From positions 496,001 through 540,221 of the forward strand of contig QPGO01000044.1 in assembly GCA_008632985.1 (NCBI GenBank): 44,221 nucleotides of DNA, written 5' to 3'. The notes below the pieces were generated by a model. It made no database searches. It saw only the letters and a list, made by a program, of their open reading frames with translations, and had not been told where the DNA came from. The translations under genes and the position numbers were made by a program. Source of the DNA: Psammoneis japonica (taxonomy: Eukaryota). Below are positions 21,400 to 33,672 of the stretch, in pieces (positions within the stretch are counted from its first letter, which is position 1; the number at the start of each line of letters is the position of its first letter).

Positions 21400-22060
21400 C
21401 GGTGCTGACTGTCAACGGCTCAATCAACTGTTTTGTCCAACTCAGAGGAACCACCGATTCGAGGGTGGTCCAGCAGTGCATTTGAGCAATTGTTCAAGGA
21501 GGGCCAATGTGAAGAAAATCAACAAGCACACCATTGCATCTGGGCCTGGTGAGACACTGGGCTGGGCCAAAGGAAAATGACATCCTCAGCAATGCAGCCC
21601 ATGTGCTGCTGCCACCAATCTTGTCCGAATTGATGTCAATGGTGGCATTTTCAAGAAGGTGCAGACATGGAACACAATGACTCAAAATCTCTTGCACAGC
21701 CACCTCCCACCCATGCAATTGTGGTCCATGTGTGCAAGCAACCTCAAGTGGAAAAAAGCAGAATGCCAGCACCAGGCATGAGCATGTGGATTTTCAAAAG
21801 ATGAGGCATCCAAGAACACTTTGTTTGCAGCCTGTTTGGATGCCAATGTCAAGCAAGCTGGGAACAAATCAAGGCATGTGGACCCACTTCTCAAGCACTG
21901 CCATGGCTGCCCTCTGATGACAAGCCTCAATGAAGGCATGAAGAAAAGGAGAGGTCAATGGCACTGTTGGCTGTTTTGAAGGAGTTGAGGCAGCTGAAGA
22001 AAGAAGGCGTTTCTTGGATGATTTGGAGAGGTTGAGAATTGATGGTTTCTGGATGGTGTT
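21400..22060 (+). mobile_element. Relic of a Pif1-family helicase (Helitron-like)
   Basis: Broken frames give INCFVQL..NHRF..RANVKKIN and HVDPLLKHCHGCPLMTSLN..NGTVG.FEGV..IDGFW, resembling the Pif1/Helitron motifs HRF and DPxLxLYxGxPxMxxxN...NGT. Confidence 0.55.
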
Positions 22061-22349
22061 GAGGCATAAGAAGAAAGCACAGGGGAGGTCTGTTTCATTT
22101 GGTTCCAAGGAAAGAGATGTGCGCTGTCAACTTTCCTGCCCTGTCCCTGTTGTGGGTTTCTTCATTGACAAGAGAACTCCAAGAATCAGTCAGAGAATGC
22201 AGATGACCCAGCTCCCAGTTTTGTGTGACAACACAACAACTGTGCACAAGAAGCTCCAGGGCAGGGGACAATTGAGAGCCTGGTTGTCAACAACTTCAGC
22301 TGCAGAACAACTGGGTTTGTGTGGTTCTGTCTAGAGTGACAACAAGAAA

Positions 22350-23007
22350 AGGACTTTGCCTTGGGAAGAAGCTTGATGGCAGGAAAATGAAGGAGGGCAT
22401 GTTGTTGGTGTTGAATGAGTTCCTTTGGTTGCTCCAGGTGTGCACAAGAGGGCTCCAAGAAGGCTGCAAGGCTCCTGCTGCAAATGACCATGCAAGGCAC
22501 TGCAGCCAAAGATTGTTGTGTTGTCAAACATTGATTTTTAACAACATGGCAAAACAATCCAGGTTTGTGTTGTGTGGCTGCCCTTGTCAGGCACAGAAAC
22601 AAGGGGGTTGAGTTGTTTGCAAATGACCCCCAGTTTGAAAGTGAGTGTGCATGAAAAAAATGATTCCTGTCCCCACCTGTGCAAAGCCCCCCTTGTCCAT
22701 GCAATGGGTGCACCCTGCTTGACCACCTCGCCAATTCAACCTGTCTGATGAAATCTGTCTTTCCATTTCCCATCAGTTGCCCTCAATTTGAGCTGAAATG
22801 TTGTTCTTCATCAGCAACTGCCTCATTCTCACAAGAAAGGGACTTTGTCTCAGAAAGAAGCTTGATGGCAGGTGAATGAAGGGCATGTCATTGGCGCTGG
22901 GTGAGTTCCTTGGTCACTTCAGCAGATGCACAAGAGGACTCCAACAAAAGGCTCCCAGGCTCCTGCTGCAAATGACCATGCAAGGCACTGCAGCCAAAGA
23001 TTGTTGT
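22350..23007 (+). repeat. Direct repeat pair of about 170 bp (22350-22520 and 22839-23007)
   Basis: Both copies contain gaagcttgatggcagg and the identical stretch ggctcctgctgcaaatgaccatgcaaggcactgcagccaaagattgttgt. Confidence 0.85.
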
Positions 23008-24627
23008 CCATTTGCCACATTCTTGCATTTTGTTTGAATTTCATTTGCAACCTTTGTTGATTTGGTGAGTGTTGTTTGAGTCCCTCTGCTTCTTGCCTCT
23101 GAAGTCACATGTGCTGCGACACAAACCTCTGCCACATGGACATCTCATGTGCTGTCTTTCCAGCAAGTTCCACTTTGCCCTGCCTTCCACCAGTGCATCA
23201 CATGTCTTCTCACCAGCTGATGGTGCTCTGCTGTCTGCAGGTGGAGCAACACTTCTGAGCATTGTCGCCACTTTGCAAGATGACTCTGTCACCTGGCAAG
23301 ATCTCGCTGCTGCACACCATGCCAACTGCCATGCTCTGCAAGACATCCCTGTCCAGCAAGATTTTGCTGCTGCCCCTGTGTCAAGTGACAATCTTCATCA
23401 TTTGCTCCAGAGATCTCTTCGTGGTCGCCCAAGCTTCTCATGGATGGCATCATGCTTGGCAATGCCAGCTGCCCCAACAACAGCAAGGTTGACCTCATGC
23501 ACTGCATTGACAAGAGCAAAAAAAGGGAGTGGTTGTCAAATTTTGCCCTCAGACCTGCCCTCCAGATGATGAAGGTCATCTGCAGAGTCAAAGTGCAATG
23601 TCCAAAATGCTGCTGAAAAGGAAGGCTCCAAGTTGGTCACCAACCAGGGTCACGGCATTTTTGAGTGCCACCATCACAAGGTGCACAAGCCAAAGTGCTC
23701 CAAGTCAAATCCATTGAAGAGAACAAGAAAGAGTTTTTAATGAGTCTTTTCCTCAGCGCCAAACATCAGGCAACTTGTGGCACTGGTCCACGCACATGAC
23801 AAAAAGCCAAGTCATGGTCGTGCATTGCAGAAAGATGGATGGTGTGCCACAACTGCTCTCCCTCTCTGCAGAGATCACCATTGTCATTTCTGACTGACCA
23901 TCAAGTTTTGCAAGTTTGGCAATTTGGAAAATGGCCACACTTCTCTGCTTGTCATCTGGACATGGCTGTTGCAACTGCACACACTGCGCGCACCCTTGGG
24001 AGGGACCACAATTCAACCTGGGCAACAAGCAAGCCATGGCAAAATGTTCACCCATGTTGCTGGAGGAAAACAAAGGACAAAGGGAGTGAGTGGCGAGCAT
24101 CTTGACAATTCCACCTTGAAATGCACGTGCACATTTTGCCATGGATGAAATCTGCTGCATTGGCAGGATCATCAGCCCATTGACTTGGAGAACAGCTGTT
24201 CATGACATGTGTTCTTGGCTTGAGATGCTGCCCTGCTGGAGTCTCTGCTTGCAGCATTTCAACAAATGACAATGGCACACCCCACAAATGACCCAAGTGC
24301 TGCAATGTGCGCGCAAACCATTGCTGTGTCAGATGTTGATGATGAAGCGCAAGCCATGCACATCTGTGGCAGAGTTGTCAAGGTCAAAGGCAGTTGCGTC
24401 ATTCAACCATTGTTTTGGGTGTTCTCTCCCAAACTCTCGTTCCTTCCATCATCCCCAGAGCAGCCCCCACCATGCAATGAGTCAACCCCAATGGAGTCAA
24501 TGTGTTGTTTCAAACACTGCTGATGTCATCCACAAGGAATTCCCAAAGTGTTGCAAAAAGACTGCCCGCCCATCAAAACTTCAGCACTTGCAGGCAATTC
24601 AGGCTCTGGGTTGCACCTCTGGCATGG

Positions 24628-24740
24628 CAAAACTTCCGTCGCATCATGCCGCACTTTCGATGGCAGTCCTTTTGGCATTGTCCGTTGGCACTCCTCATTC
24701 TGCGTGTGAAATCAGTGCAGAAAAAAGATCCAATCTTACA
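24628..24740 (+). pseudogene. Degenerate copy of the acnB promoter fragment
   Basis: caaaacttccgtcgcatcatgccgcactttc...cagaaaaaagatccaatctt matches about 25328-25427. Confidence 0.8.
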
Positions 24741-24747
24741 CAAAACA

Positions 24748-25230
24748 CCATTTGTCCTTTTCTCCAGCATCTGTGTTTGCCTCGCAGACAGCAGGCAACA
24801 ACTTTGTCTTCACATCTTCAAGCACAGACGAGGTGTGAAATTCCTCATGGTGGCTTCTGACATGGGAAGATCAATGGTGTGGTGGCCACGTCGTTCAACT
24901 TCTTTTCAATTTGTTTGAGAGTTTTTAACTCACCTTGCAGCTGCTGGTGCAGCAAAATTTGAGAATGCGACAGCAAGCGGCACAGAGAGAGCAGATGAGA
25001 GACAGTTTGTCAAGCTGACATGGTTGACAAACAAAAGCACATTTCATGACAGTTGCTGCGAGTTGTTCCAGCAAGATCGCACACTTGCTGCTGCTGCTGC
25101 TGGATGCTTTGCATGCAAGTGCCAAGCCGAGATTTCCCAGCATGCCCTCGATCTGTCCTATGCACTCACTGTACGCTCCTCCTTTTTTCCCTCGTCCGTC
25201 GTTGGTGCCATTGCTCTGCGCTGATTGGTG
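24748..25230 (-). pseudogene. 5' fragment of the Crinkler-like gene, head-to-head with intact acnB
   Basis: Aligns to about 20443-21005 with deletions; ATG context gttggtgccattgctctg conserved at about 25201-25218. Confidence 0.88.
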
Positions 25231-25465
25231 GAGCTCTACGCGATGATGATTCGATTCGATTGATTCCTGTTCTGCCTGTCGTTCGCACGACATTCCCGTT
25301 CGTCCGTCACACCACACACACACCGCTCAAACTTCCGTCGCGTCACGCCGCACTTTCAACAAGTCATTCGGCATTGTCTTTCGTACTCATTCTACGCAGA
25401 ATTTGTGTAGAAAAAAGATCCAATCTTGCACGAGCCAATCAATTTTCCCATAAAATTCTTCCACC

Positions 25466-28334
25466 ATGATGCTCTCTCGGACCGCCGTTCGTCTCGCCGG
25501 TCGTCGAGCAGTTGCTCTGCGTGGTAGTAGCAGCAAAACTGCTGCAGTGGCGTCTCTATCCACTCTTGCTGGATCGTCGTCGCCGTTGATCAACAACAAC
25601 AACAACAACGACTACATTACTACTACGTCTCGCAGTAGTAGTACTAGTAATCGTCTTGTTCGTTTCTACTCTGCATCTCCGATTCGCAATTCATCTCCAT
25701 TTTTGGATTCCTACCAAGCTCATGTCGAGGAACGTTCTCAGTTGGCGGGTGGTGTCGGTGTCGCACCGAAACCACTCGATGCCAGTCAAGTTCAAGCCTT
25801 GATTGAAGAACTCAAATCCGGTAATTCTCCCAAATCATTAGAATTGGTGGAATTGTTGTCTCACCGTGTCCTCCCGGTGTCGATGATGCCGCGTACGTCA
25901 AGGCAGCCTACTTGTCGCGTTGGCATTACAAGAAGAATCGTGCGATGCACTGCCACGCGAATTGGCAATTGAACTATTGGGTACCATGCAGGGTGGATAC
26001 AATGTTGCCACGCTGATTGAATTGCTCAAGGATGAGAGTGTAGCGGAATTGGCAGCCAACAACTCAAGCATACTTTGTGTCTTTGATGCCTTTTATGATG
26101 TCGAACAACTTCATAAAGATGGAAACAAGGCTGCCACGTCCGTCTTGGAGAGTTGGGCGGCCGCCGAGTGGTTTTTGGAAAAACCAAAAGTCCCCGAAAC
26201 CATGACTGTAACCGTTTCAAAGTAACGGGTGAAACCAACACGGACGATTTGAGTCCCGCCCAAGATGCATGGAGTCGTCCCGACATTCCCTCCATGCCGT
26301 GGCCATGCTCAAGAATGAACGTGATGGTATTGAACCCATGAAAAATGGTGAAATTGGACCTCTCCAACAAATCTCGGATCTCCAACAAAAGGGCTTTCCG
26401 CTGGCCTATGTCGGTGATGTCGTGGGGACGGGTAGTAGCCGTAAATCCGCCACCAATTCCGTGCTTTGGTTCATGGGTGACGACATCCCGTACGTACCCA
26501 ATATCAAGGGTGGTGGTGTTTGTATTGGTGGCAAGATTGCACCCATTTTTTTCAACACCATGGAAGATTCTGGTGCACTTCCGTTGGAAATGGATGTTTC
26601 CTCTCTTCAAATGGGTGACGTCATTACCGTCCATCCCTATGACGGCAAGGTGACGAATCAAGATGGAACCGAAATTACAACGTTTGAATTAAAGACACCC
26701 GTCTTGTTGGATGAAGTCCGTGCCGGTGGACGTATTCCATTGATTATTGGACGTGGTATTACCAGCAAGGCACGTGTGGCCTTGGGTCAAGATGCAAGCG
26801 TTGCCGATGTGTTTGAAATGCCACCCATGCCCACCTCAACACCCAAGGGTTTTACCTTGGCACAAAAAATGGTAGCCAAGGCTGTGGTTTGGACGGCGTT
26901 GTACCGGGACAATATGTCGAACCCACCATGACGACGGTGGGTTCTCAAGACACCACGGGTCCCATGACGCGGGATGAATTGCGTTCCTTGGCGTGTTTGG
27001 GATTTTCCGCCGATTTGGTCATGCAATCCTTTTGTCATACGGCAGCCTATCCGAAACCCGTCGATGTTGTGACACACAATACTCTGCCGGATTTTATTCG
27101 TACCCGTGGAGGTGTTTCCTAAACCCGGTGATGGTATTATTCATTCATGGCTCAATCGCATGTTACTTCCCGATACGGTTGGGACGGGAGGTGATTCGCA
27201 TACGCGATTTCCCATTGGAATCTCCTTTCCGGCTGGTTCGGGATTGGTCGCCTTTGGTGCTGCCACGGGAATCATGCCACTCGACATGCCCGAATCTGTT
27301 CTAGTGAGATTCAAGGGTGACATGCAACCCGGTGTGACACTTCGTGATTTAGTCCAAGCCATTCCCTACACCGCCATTCAACAAGGATTGTTAACGACCG
27401 AAAAAGAGGGAAAAAAGAATATTTTTTCGGGACGCATCCTGGAGATTGAAGGATTGCCCACACTCAAGTGTGAACAAGCCTTTGAATTGAGTGACGCATC
27501 GGCGGAACGGTCTGCGGCGGGATGTACCATCAAGCTTGACAAGGAACCAATCATGGAATATATTCAATCCAATGTCGTTATGCTCAATGGATGATTGCCG
27601 AAGGATACGGTGATGTCCGTACCCTCGAGCGTCGCATTGCGCGCATGGAAGAATGGCTGGCCAATCCCGTACTCATGGAAGCCGACGAGGATGCCGAGTA
27701 TGCCGCCGTGATTGATATTAATCTGGAAGATTTGAAGGAACCCGTCTTGGCTCTTCCTAATGATCCCGATGCATCGGCTCTACTCAGTGACGTGGCTGGG
27801 ACCAAGATTGATGAAGTCTTTATTGGCAGTTGCATGACCAACATTGGTCACTTTCGTGCAGCCGGCAAACTTTTGAAGGGTCTCGACAAGCCCCTTCCGA
27901 CACGTCTTTGGGTTGCTCCACCAACCAAAATGGACGAAGCGCAATTGGTCGAAGAGGGTTATTACAGTATTTTCGGAACGGCCGGTGCCCGTACGGAAAT
28001 GCCGGGATGCAGTCTTTGCATGGGCAATCAAGCACGTGTCGAACCGGGATGTACCGTCGTGTCCACCTCGACGCGGAACTTTCCCAATCGTTTAGGACAG
28101 GGTGCCAATGTCTTTTTGGCATCGGCCGAATTGGCAGCCATTTGTGCCATTGAAGGTAAATTGCCGACCGTACAAGAGTATCATGAGTATATGGATCAAG
28201 TCAATGCCACGGCGGATGATACCTATCGTTATCTTAACTTTGATGAGTTGCCCGACTTTGTAAAGTCGGCGGATAGTGTGGAGATTTCGCAAGAAATGAA
28301 AGCGGCGGCGCAGAAATTGTCCAGTGGAGAGTAG
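25466..28334 (+). CDS. acnB: Aconitate hydratase 2 (bacterial-type AcnB) with a mitochondrial transit peptide; about 8 frame breaks, probably sequence errors
   Basis: [134 protein letters not shown]; Arg/Ser-rich N-terminus without acidic residues. Confidence 0.95.
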
Positions 28335-28346
28335 AAAAAAAGTGTT

Positions 28347-28393
28347 GAGAGAGAGAGTAGAAAAAAAGATTTGAGAGAGAGAGAGAGAGGAGA
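28347..28393 (+). repeat. Interrupted (GA)n microsatellite downstream of acnB
   Basis: gagagagagag...gagagagagagagagagg. Confidence 0.8.
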
Positions 28394-28936
28394 GTATTTT
28401 TGTAATAATTTAGTTTGAATGTAATATTATTTGTGTGTTGGCGTATCGGATTGTAACTACAATGTAAGAGTCGGAGGCTATATGAGAAAAGTGAGTAGGC
28501 TAACTAAGCATTGCACGGCGTGAGATTTCCTTGTGACCGAGCTTCTTGCTTGTCGCTGAAGTACAATAATGCTTGGCACTGCCATTATGGTACTCTACAG
28601 GAGGCAACATATCTCCATGGCCAATGCATTCTAGAGTCTAACTACTAATCATAGTCCGTAGGAGCAGAGCCCTCCCCTCCGAACAAAGAATTCCAATTTG
28701 CAAAAACAGACATTTTCATTCACGAACAAGCGCTCTCGTGTGAATGATTTTGGAGTCACGCATCGCTGAAAACTTCGCGAGCCGTGTTTTCATGTTGGTC
28801 GCGGATCGTGGATGGTCGCGCGAAACGGAGATCTATTCTCTTGTGTCGTCTTTCATCACAATTCCACAACAAAGCTCAAACAAAACCAAGAACAAAACTT
28901 TCTCACGAACGCCTTCTACCACAAAGCTCATACAAA

Positions 28937-29275
28937 ATGACCTCTTCCAATACCAGCAACTATGATGTCTCAGGATTGGCCGTGTATGGGAATTTGTACA
29001 CCAAAATGTCAAACAACAAGAACAAGAATACTTCAAGGAAAGCATCAACAAGCGGAACCAAGTCGAAAAATGATTCAGGCTTAGCTGTTTATGGTAACCT
29101 GTACAAAGTAAGGCCCACGGTTCAAGAGCCAACACGCAAGAGAAAACTATCTATGGTATCACCCGTCTCGTCGGCGGCGGCAAGTTCCAAGGCTTTTTCC
29201 AGAAATGGAGTCTCACGAAGGAATCGACTTTTTTCCAAGTTTATCAAAAGGAGGAAGAATCATATCGCAAGCTAG
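28937..29275 (+). CDS. Small basic hypothetical protein (112 aa) with a twice-repeated SGLAVYGNLY motif
   Basis: ATG in aaaATG context; the peptide repeat is conserved while the codons differ (tca gga ttg gcc gtg tat ggg aat ttg tac versus tca ggc tta gct gtt tat ggt aac ctg tac). Confidence 0.7.
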   Translation: MTSSNTSNYDVSGLAVYGNLYTKMSNNKNKNTSRKASTSGTKSKNDSGLAVYGNLYKVRPTVQEPTRKRKLSMVSPVSSAAASSKAFSRNGVSRRNRLFSKFIKRRKNHIAS

Positions 29276-29465
29276 GAGATACCATAATATTTCGTCCGTC
29301 GAGGTCAGATAATCCTTGAGAAACGACAAAATTTGAACTTTTAGAACTCTTACAATTGTTAATAGCTCTTTCTTGATGCAGGAAAAGATGAGATCCCCAA
29401 GATCCAAAAGGAAATAGAGTAGAAAACACAGCATTTTACACGCCTTCTGCTCCCTTGTACAAGCT

Positions 29466-32153
29466 TTACTCGTCTGCCAATACCACAACAGCATAGAGTT
29501 CACCTGCTTCCTCGTAAATAACACAAGTTACAAGATGTCCCACGAATTCACCCTCTAACGGGTCAACTCCATCGACCAGTTCGGCCATGTGTGCCAATCG
29601 ATGTTCCTCCAATATTTGTTTCCCCATGCTCATTGCATTTTGCCATCCTTCCTCACTGAGTTCAAGGCGGCGGCGCCCTTTGGAGTCAGAGTGGTCAAAA
29701 TCTGCTGACGGTGAATCCGACACTAGAACCGATATACCTTCACTAGTCATTTCATTGGACACTGGGGCAGTTGGTGGAGGAGGTGGGTCACAAGTAAACG
29801 GTCCAATTGGATCGGCAGAAGAGTAATCGACTTCGTAGGTCATATCTTCCAAGGTAGCAATGGTAATTGCGGTGAGTGGCAGAGCCTCGGTCGGACCAAG
29901 GGCTTGCGTCATTAACTCGGATCCAAAACTGAATTCGTTCCAATGGGCTCCTCCTGACTGTACCGGTGGGCATCCGGGGCAACTCGTGATTCGTTGGTAT
30001 TCACGGCAGGCAGCAGTGCCGGATCGGTATGGCCCAAGTCTTCCCGGGCCCGTCAAATTGAAAGCATTTGCACCCCACAAAGTTCCTGTGAAACAACGGA
30101 AACTCAACATTTGAGTGACACCAATGGCGTCCGATCAAGTGTACTATTCATCATTGTTGCACTTACCTATACCCAACGCATGACCCATTTCATGGAGAGC
30201 AATATCAAAAAGAAGATTTCTATTCGCAAAGTTTTGGACATCTCCTGCGTCTATTCGAAATGAAGCGGACGCAGGAAGCCCTTCTCCTACGCCGCCAGCC
30301 GCGGTTCGCGGTCGGACTCTTAGGGGTCCGCCCGATGCAAGAAAGCCACCAGGACCGTCAACAAAAGGCGCGGTTCCACAAACCACGATGTCATCAACAA
30401 TGCGTGGTCGCATTGTGCATCCTGTAGGAGTCGTATCACCAAAATCAAATGAGGGGAGATCTCCAACGACCACTTGTTCCCAACGCCTCGCTGCAGCTCG
30501 AGTAGCTTCACCCGCTGGCTTGATACCACTGAATTGAATGTCAATGTTATACCTGGTATCGTCTGGTGGACGAATCGTCTCACTGCTGCTGGAACTGCGG
30601 CTACTACCACTACTCTTGTTGCTTTCCATGCTCCCACTACTACTGCTGCTGCTACCCTTGCCCTTGCTCTTGCTGCTGGATCCACCCTTGCTTTTGCTGC
30701 TGGATCTTCCCTTACTCTTGCTACCAGATCCACGTTTGCTCTTGCTGCTTGACCCACTTGAACTGGGAGCATGGGAAGGAGGAGGAGGCGGCGGTGGTGG
30801 GGTTGGCTGTGGTATTGGAGCGCCCTTGCTGCTACTCGATCTCTTGCTGGATGATGATGAGCTGCTGTGTGGTTTCGGCGGCGGAAGTGGCGGCACTGGT
30901 GGAGGTGGTGGTGGCGTTGGAGGGGTCGGCGGCGGAGGAGGTGGTGGTGGCAGCGGAGCGCCCTTGCTGCTACTCGACGAGGATCTCTTGCTGGATGATG
31001 ACGAGCTGCTGTGTGGTTTCGGCAGCGGCGGCGGAGATGTTGGTGGCATTGGAGCGCCCTTGCTGCTACTCGATGAGGATCGCTTGCTGGATGATGAGGA
31101 GCTGCTGTGTGGTTTCGGCGGCGGTGGAGGAGGGGAAGGAGGAGGCGGTGGCCGCGGCCTTGGAGCGCCCTTGCTGCTACTCGATGAGGATCTCTTGCTG
31201 GATGATGACGAGCTGCTGTGTGGTATCGGCGGCGGAAGTGGCGGCGTTGGCGCAGGTTGTGGTGGTGGTGGCCTCGGAGCGCTCTTGCTGCTACTCGATG
31301 AGGATCTCTTACTGGATGATGATGAGCTGCTGTGTGGTTTCGGCGGCGGTGGAGGAGGAGGAGAAGGAGGAGGTGGTGGCGGCGGCCTTGGAGCGCCCTT
31401 GCTGCTACTTGATGAGGATCCGTTGCTGGATGATGACGAGCTGCTGTGTGGTTTCGGCGGCGGAGGAGGTGGTGGTGGCGGTGGAGGTGGTGGCGGCATC
31501 GGGGCACCTTTGCTGCTACTCGATGATGATCCTTTGCTCGATGATGACGAGCTGCTGTGTGGTTTCGGCAGCGACTGCGGCGGCGGAGGAGGAGGTGGTG
31601 ACGGCATTGGAGCGCCATTGCTGCTACTTGATGAGGAACCGTTGCTGGATGATGACGAGCTGCTACGCCAGTCGTCACTTGATGATGAAGACTTACTGCT
31701 TGAACTTGAAGAGCTGCTGCGGTTTGATCCAGAGGAACCGCTTGAGCTTTTGCTGCTAGACGAGCCGCTCGAGCTCTTGCTGCTTGAGCCACCCTTGCTG
31801 TTGCTGCTACTGCTACTGCTGCTAGAAGGAGCTGGCACTGGTGGTGTTGGAGTGGGCGGCGGGTGCACAGAGCCTGGAGGACAGCCACTGCTGCTGCTAC
31901 TACTACTGCTTGGAGGCGGCAGCGGAGGAGGCGGTGGTAAATCGGAAGACCCAGAAAAGCTGCTACTTTTGGAGGTGCTTGAGCTGCTGCTGCCCTTTCC
32001 ACTCTTGCTTTTACTACTGCTACTACCCTTCTTTCCACGCAAGCGCCGTTCCATGCTGATGCTGTCACTAACGAACCGGTCGTTTTCGAAACCCAAAATG
32101 CATTGCATCGAGAGGGCCGCCGTTGCGACCACAACTACGAGTGCAAACTTCAT
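29466..32153 (-). CDS. Secreted Ser/Pro/Lys-rich repeat protein fused to a leishmanolysin (M8)-like zinc metalloprotease, 2 exons
   Basis: Signal peptide [14 protein letters not shown]; tandem [26 protein letters not shown] units; HEMGHALG, intron 30166-30086 (G|GA in frame), then [14 protein letters not shown]. Confidence 0.85.
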
Positions 32154-33112
32154 TCTTGTTTCCGCGCGTCTACCCAAACCACCCTAATGTTTACACAAGA
32201 AAGGATTGAGACAAAAAAAGTCAGCAACTTAGGACCTTCGTCTGTAGAGCAGCACACACCTCTCACGTTCAAAGTGCTCTTCTGACAACCAATGGAGCCC
32301 GACGCTTTTTCACACTTTTATTTTTGGGCTCTACAGCAGGAAAACCCTCGATTCAAACAACATCTTCTTACCTGCACCCTGGTGGATTCTCAGGATATCG
32401 ATGCTCGCCAAAGTGGAATGACAAAGTTTCTTTCTTGTCGCACCGCAAGATAAGGGATGGTGGTTGGATCTTGTGAGCAACAAAATTGGCCTGGTCGCGG
32501 AATCAAATTTTTATTATGTCGGAACACGATCCAGATTTTTTAATGTAGCCTTCAATGCTGAATACGTTCATGCCCTCAAACGGTTATAAAAATACTCATT
32601 TCCATAGTAATTGTATAAAGCCTCTGTAAAACAGGCAATACTTTTTTAGCTCGTGTGTTGTTCAAGTGGCTCGTGATTTTGGAGAACGAGCACCGCACCT
32701 CGCCAAGGTTGGCGTGTCCGCTTCTCTTTATAACATGCTCACGTCTCTACAAAAGGATTCCTTCATGATGGCATTGTGAATGCTGTAACCCAAACTGTTC
32801 TCCTCATGAGTGAAGAAGAAAGAGCTTTTTTTTGTGGCCTGAGCAAGGAGCAGGAGCCACGCCCTCCTTTTCTTTGCCTGCTTTGACATTTTTTCTGCCT
32901 TTGTCTCTCTGCCACACTGCCTGTGTGTGACTCTGCATGGCCTCTGGTGCTGCTGATGTCACCTTTCTCTGATGGTGTGATGATGGCTCTAGCCTGCCCA
33001 CTCCGACTGCTGGCTTCTTCTTCTCACATGTTGACATGCCCCCGTTTCATCATCACAAGAAATCTTGCTCATTGGAGAGCAACCAGCACCACGCTCTTTG
33101 GCCAACTTGATT

Positions 33113-33672
33113 GTCATTCTTTTTGGCAATTTGCTCCATTGTCTGCAAAGTTCCATGCAAGATTCAGCACAAATTCTGTGCTCTGAAAGTCATCTCGGAT
33201 GGCTGACTTGCCAACAAACTGTCGACTGCTCTCAGCTCATGCCTCACCGGCATCAATGAACCCCCTTCTGTCTGGTGTCAGTTTCAGCTCCCTGCTTCAT
33301 GTGGTGAACAGTCTTCCATCATTGGCACTCCCAGAAGCTTGAACTTGAGACCAACTCAGCATGATTTGGCCTTTTCTTCCATTTGCTTGCATTTCTGCAC
33401 AAGTTTCAGCACAAGCTCTGCATGTCTTGAAGGTCATTTTGGACGATCAACTTGCCAAACTGTCAACTTCTCTCTGCCCACACCTCTCAGGCATTGACAA
33501 CCCCCTTCCACCCATTGTCAGTTCAAGTTCCCCACTTTGTGTTGTGAACAATCTTGGCATGATCCTGCCTTTCTTTGGTTTGCCTGCATTTCCACACAAG
33601 TTTTGCACGTCTTTGAGGACATTTTGGATGATCGACTTGTCAAACTGTCAATTGCTCTCTGCCCAAGCACTT
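33113..33672 (+). repeat. Three degenerate copies of a unit of about 200 bp
   Basis: Recurrent gtcatYtYgga.gat..acttg.caaactgtc.a.t.ctctc at about 33190, 33433 and 33618; gtgaaca.tctt at about 33304 and 33544. Confidence 0.75.

Larger units (their letters stand above)
21270..25150. other. TpA/CpG-depleted hypermutated domain 2
   Basis: For example, no TpA found in 21301-21600 by manual count; TA and CG return at about 25150. Confidence 0.9.

Noticed and set aside
23010..24600. LTR-retrotransposon integrase relic
   Set aside because: No ordered set of motifs could be recovered; left unassigned
8780..25150. Classical fungal RIP
   Set aside because: RIP raises TpA and lowers CpA; here TpA is removed and CpA/TpG gained
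25466..28334. acnB as bacterial contamination or programmed frameshifting
   Set aside because: It has a eukaryotic transit peptide and intron-containing neighbours; the breaks are scattered single-base losses typical of consensus error
30320..32187. Long alternative-frame and antisense ORFs (604, 549 and 397 aa)
   Set aside because: Shadows of the low-complexity Ser/Pro repeat gene; only the frame with the signal peptide and HEXXH makes sense
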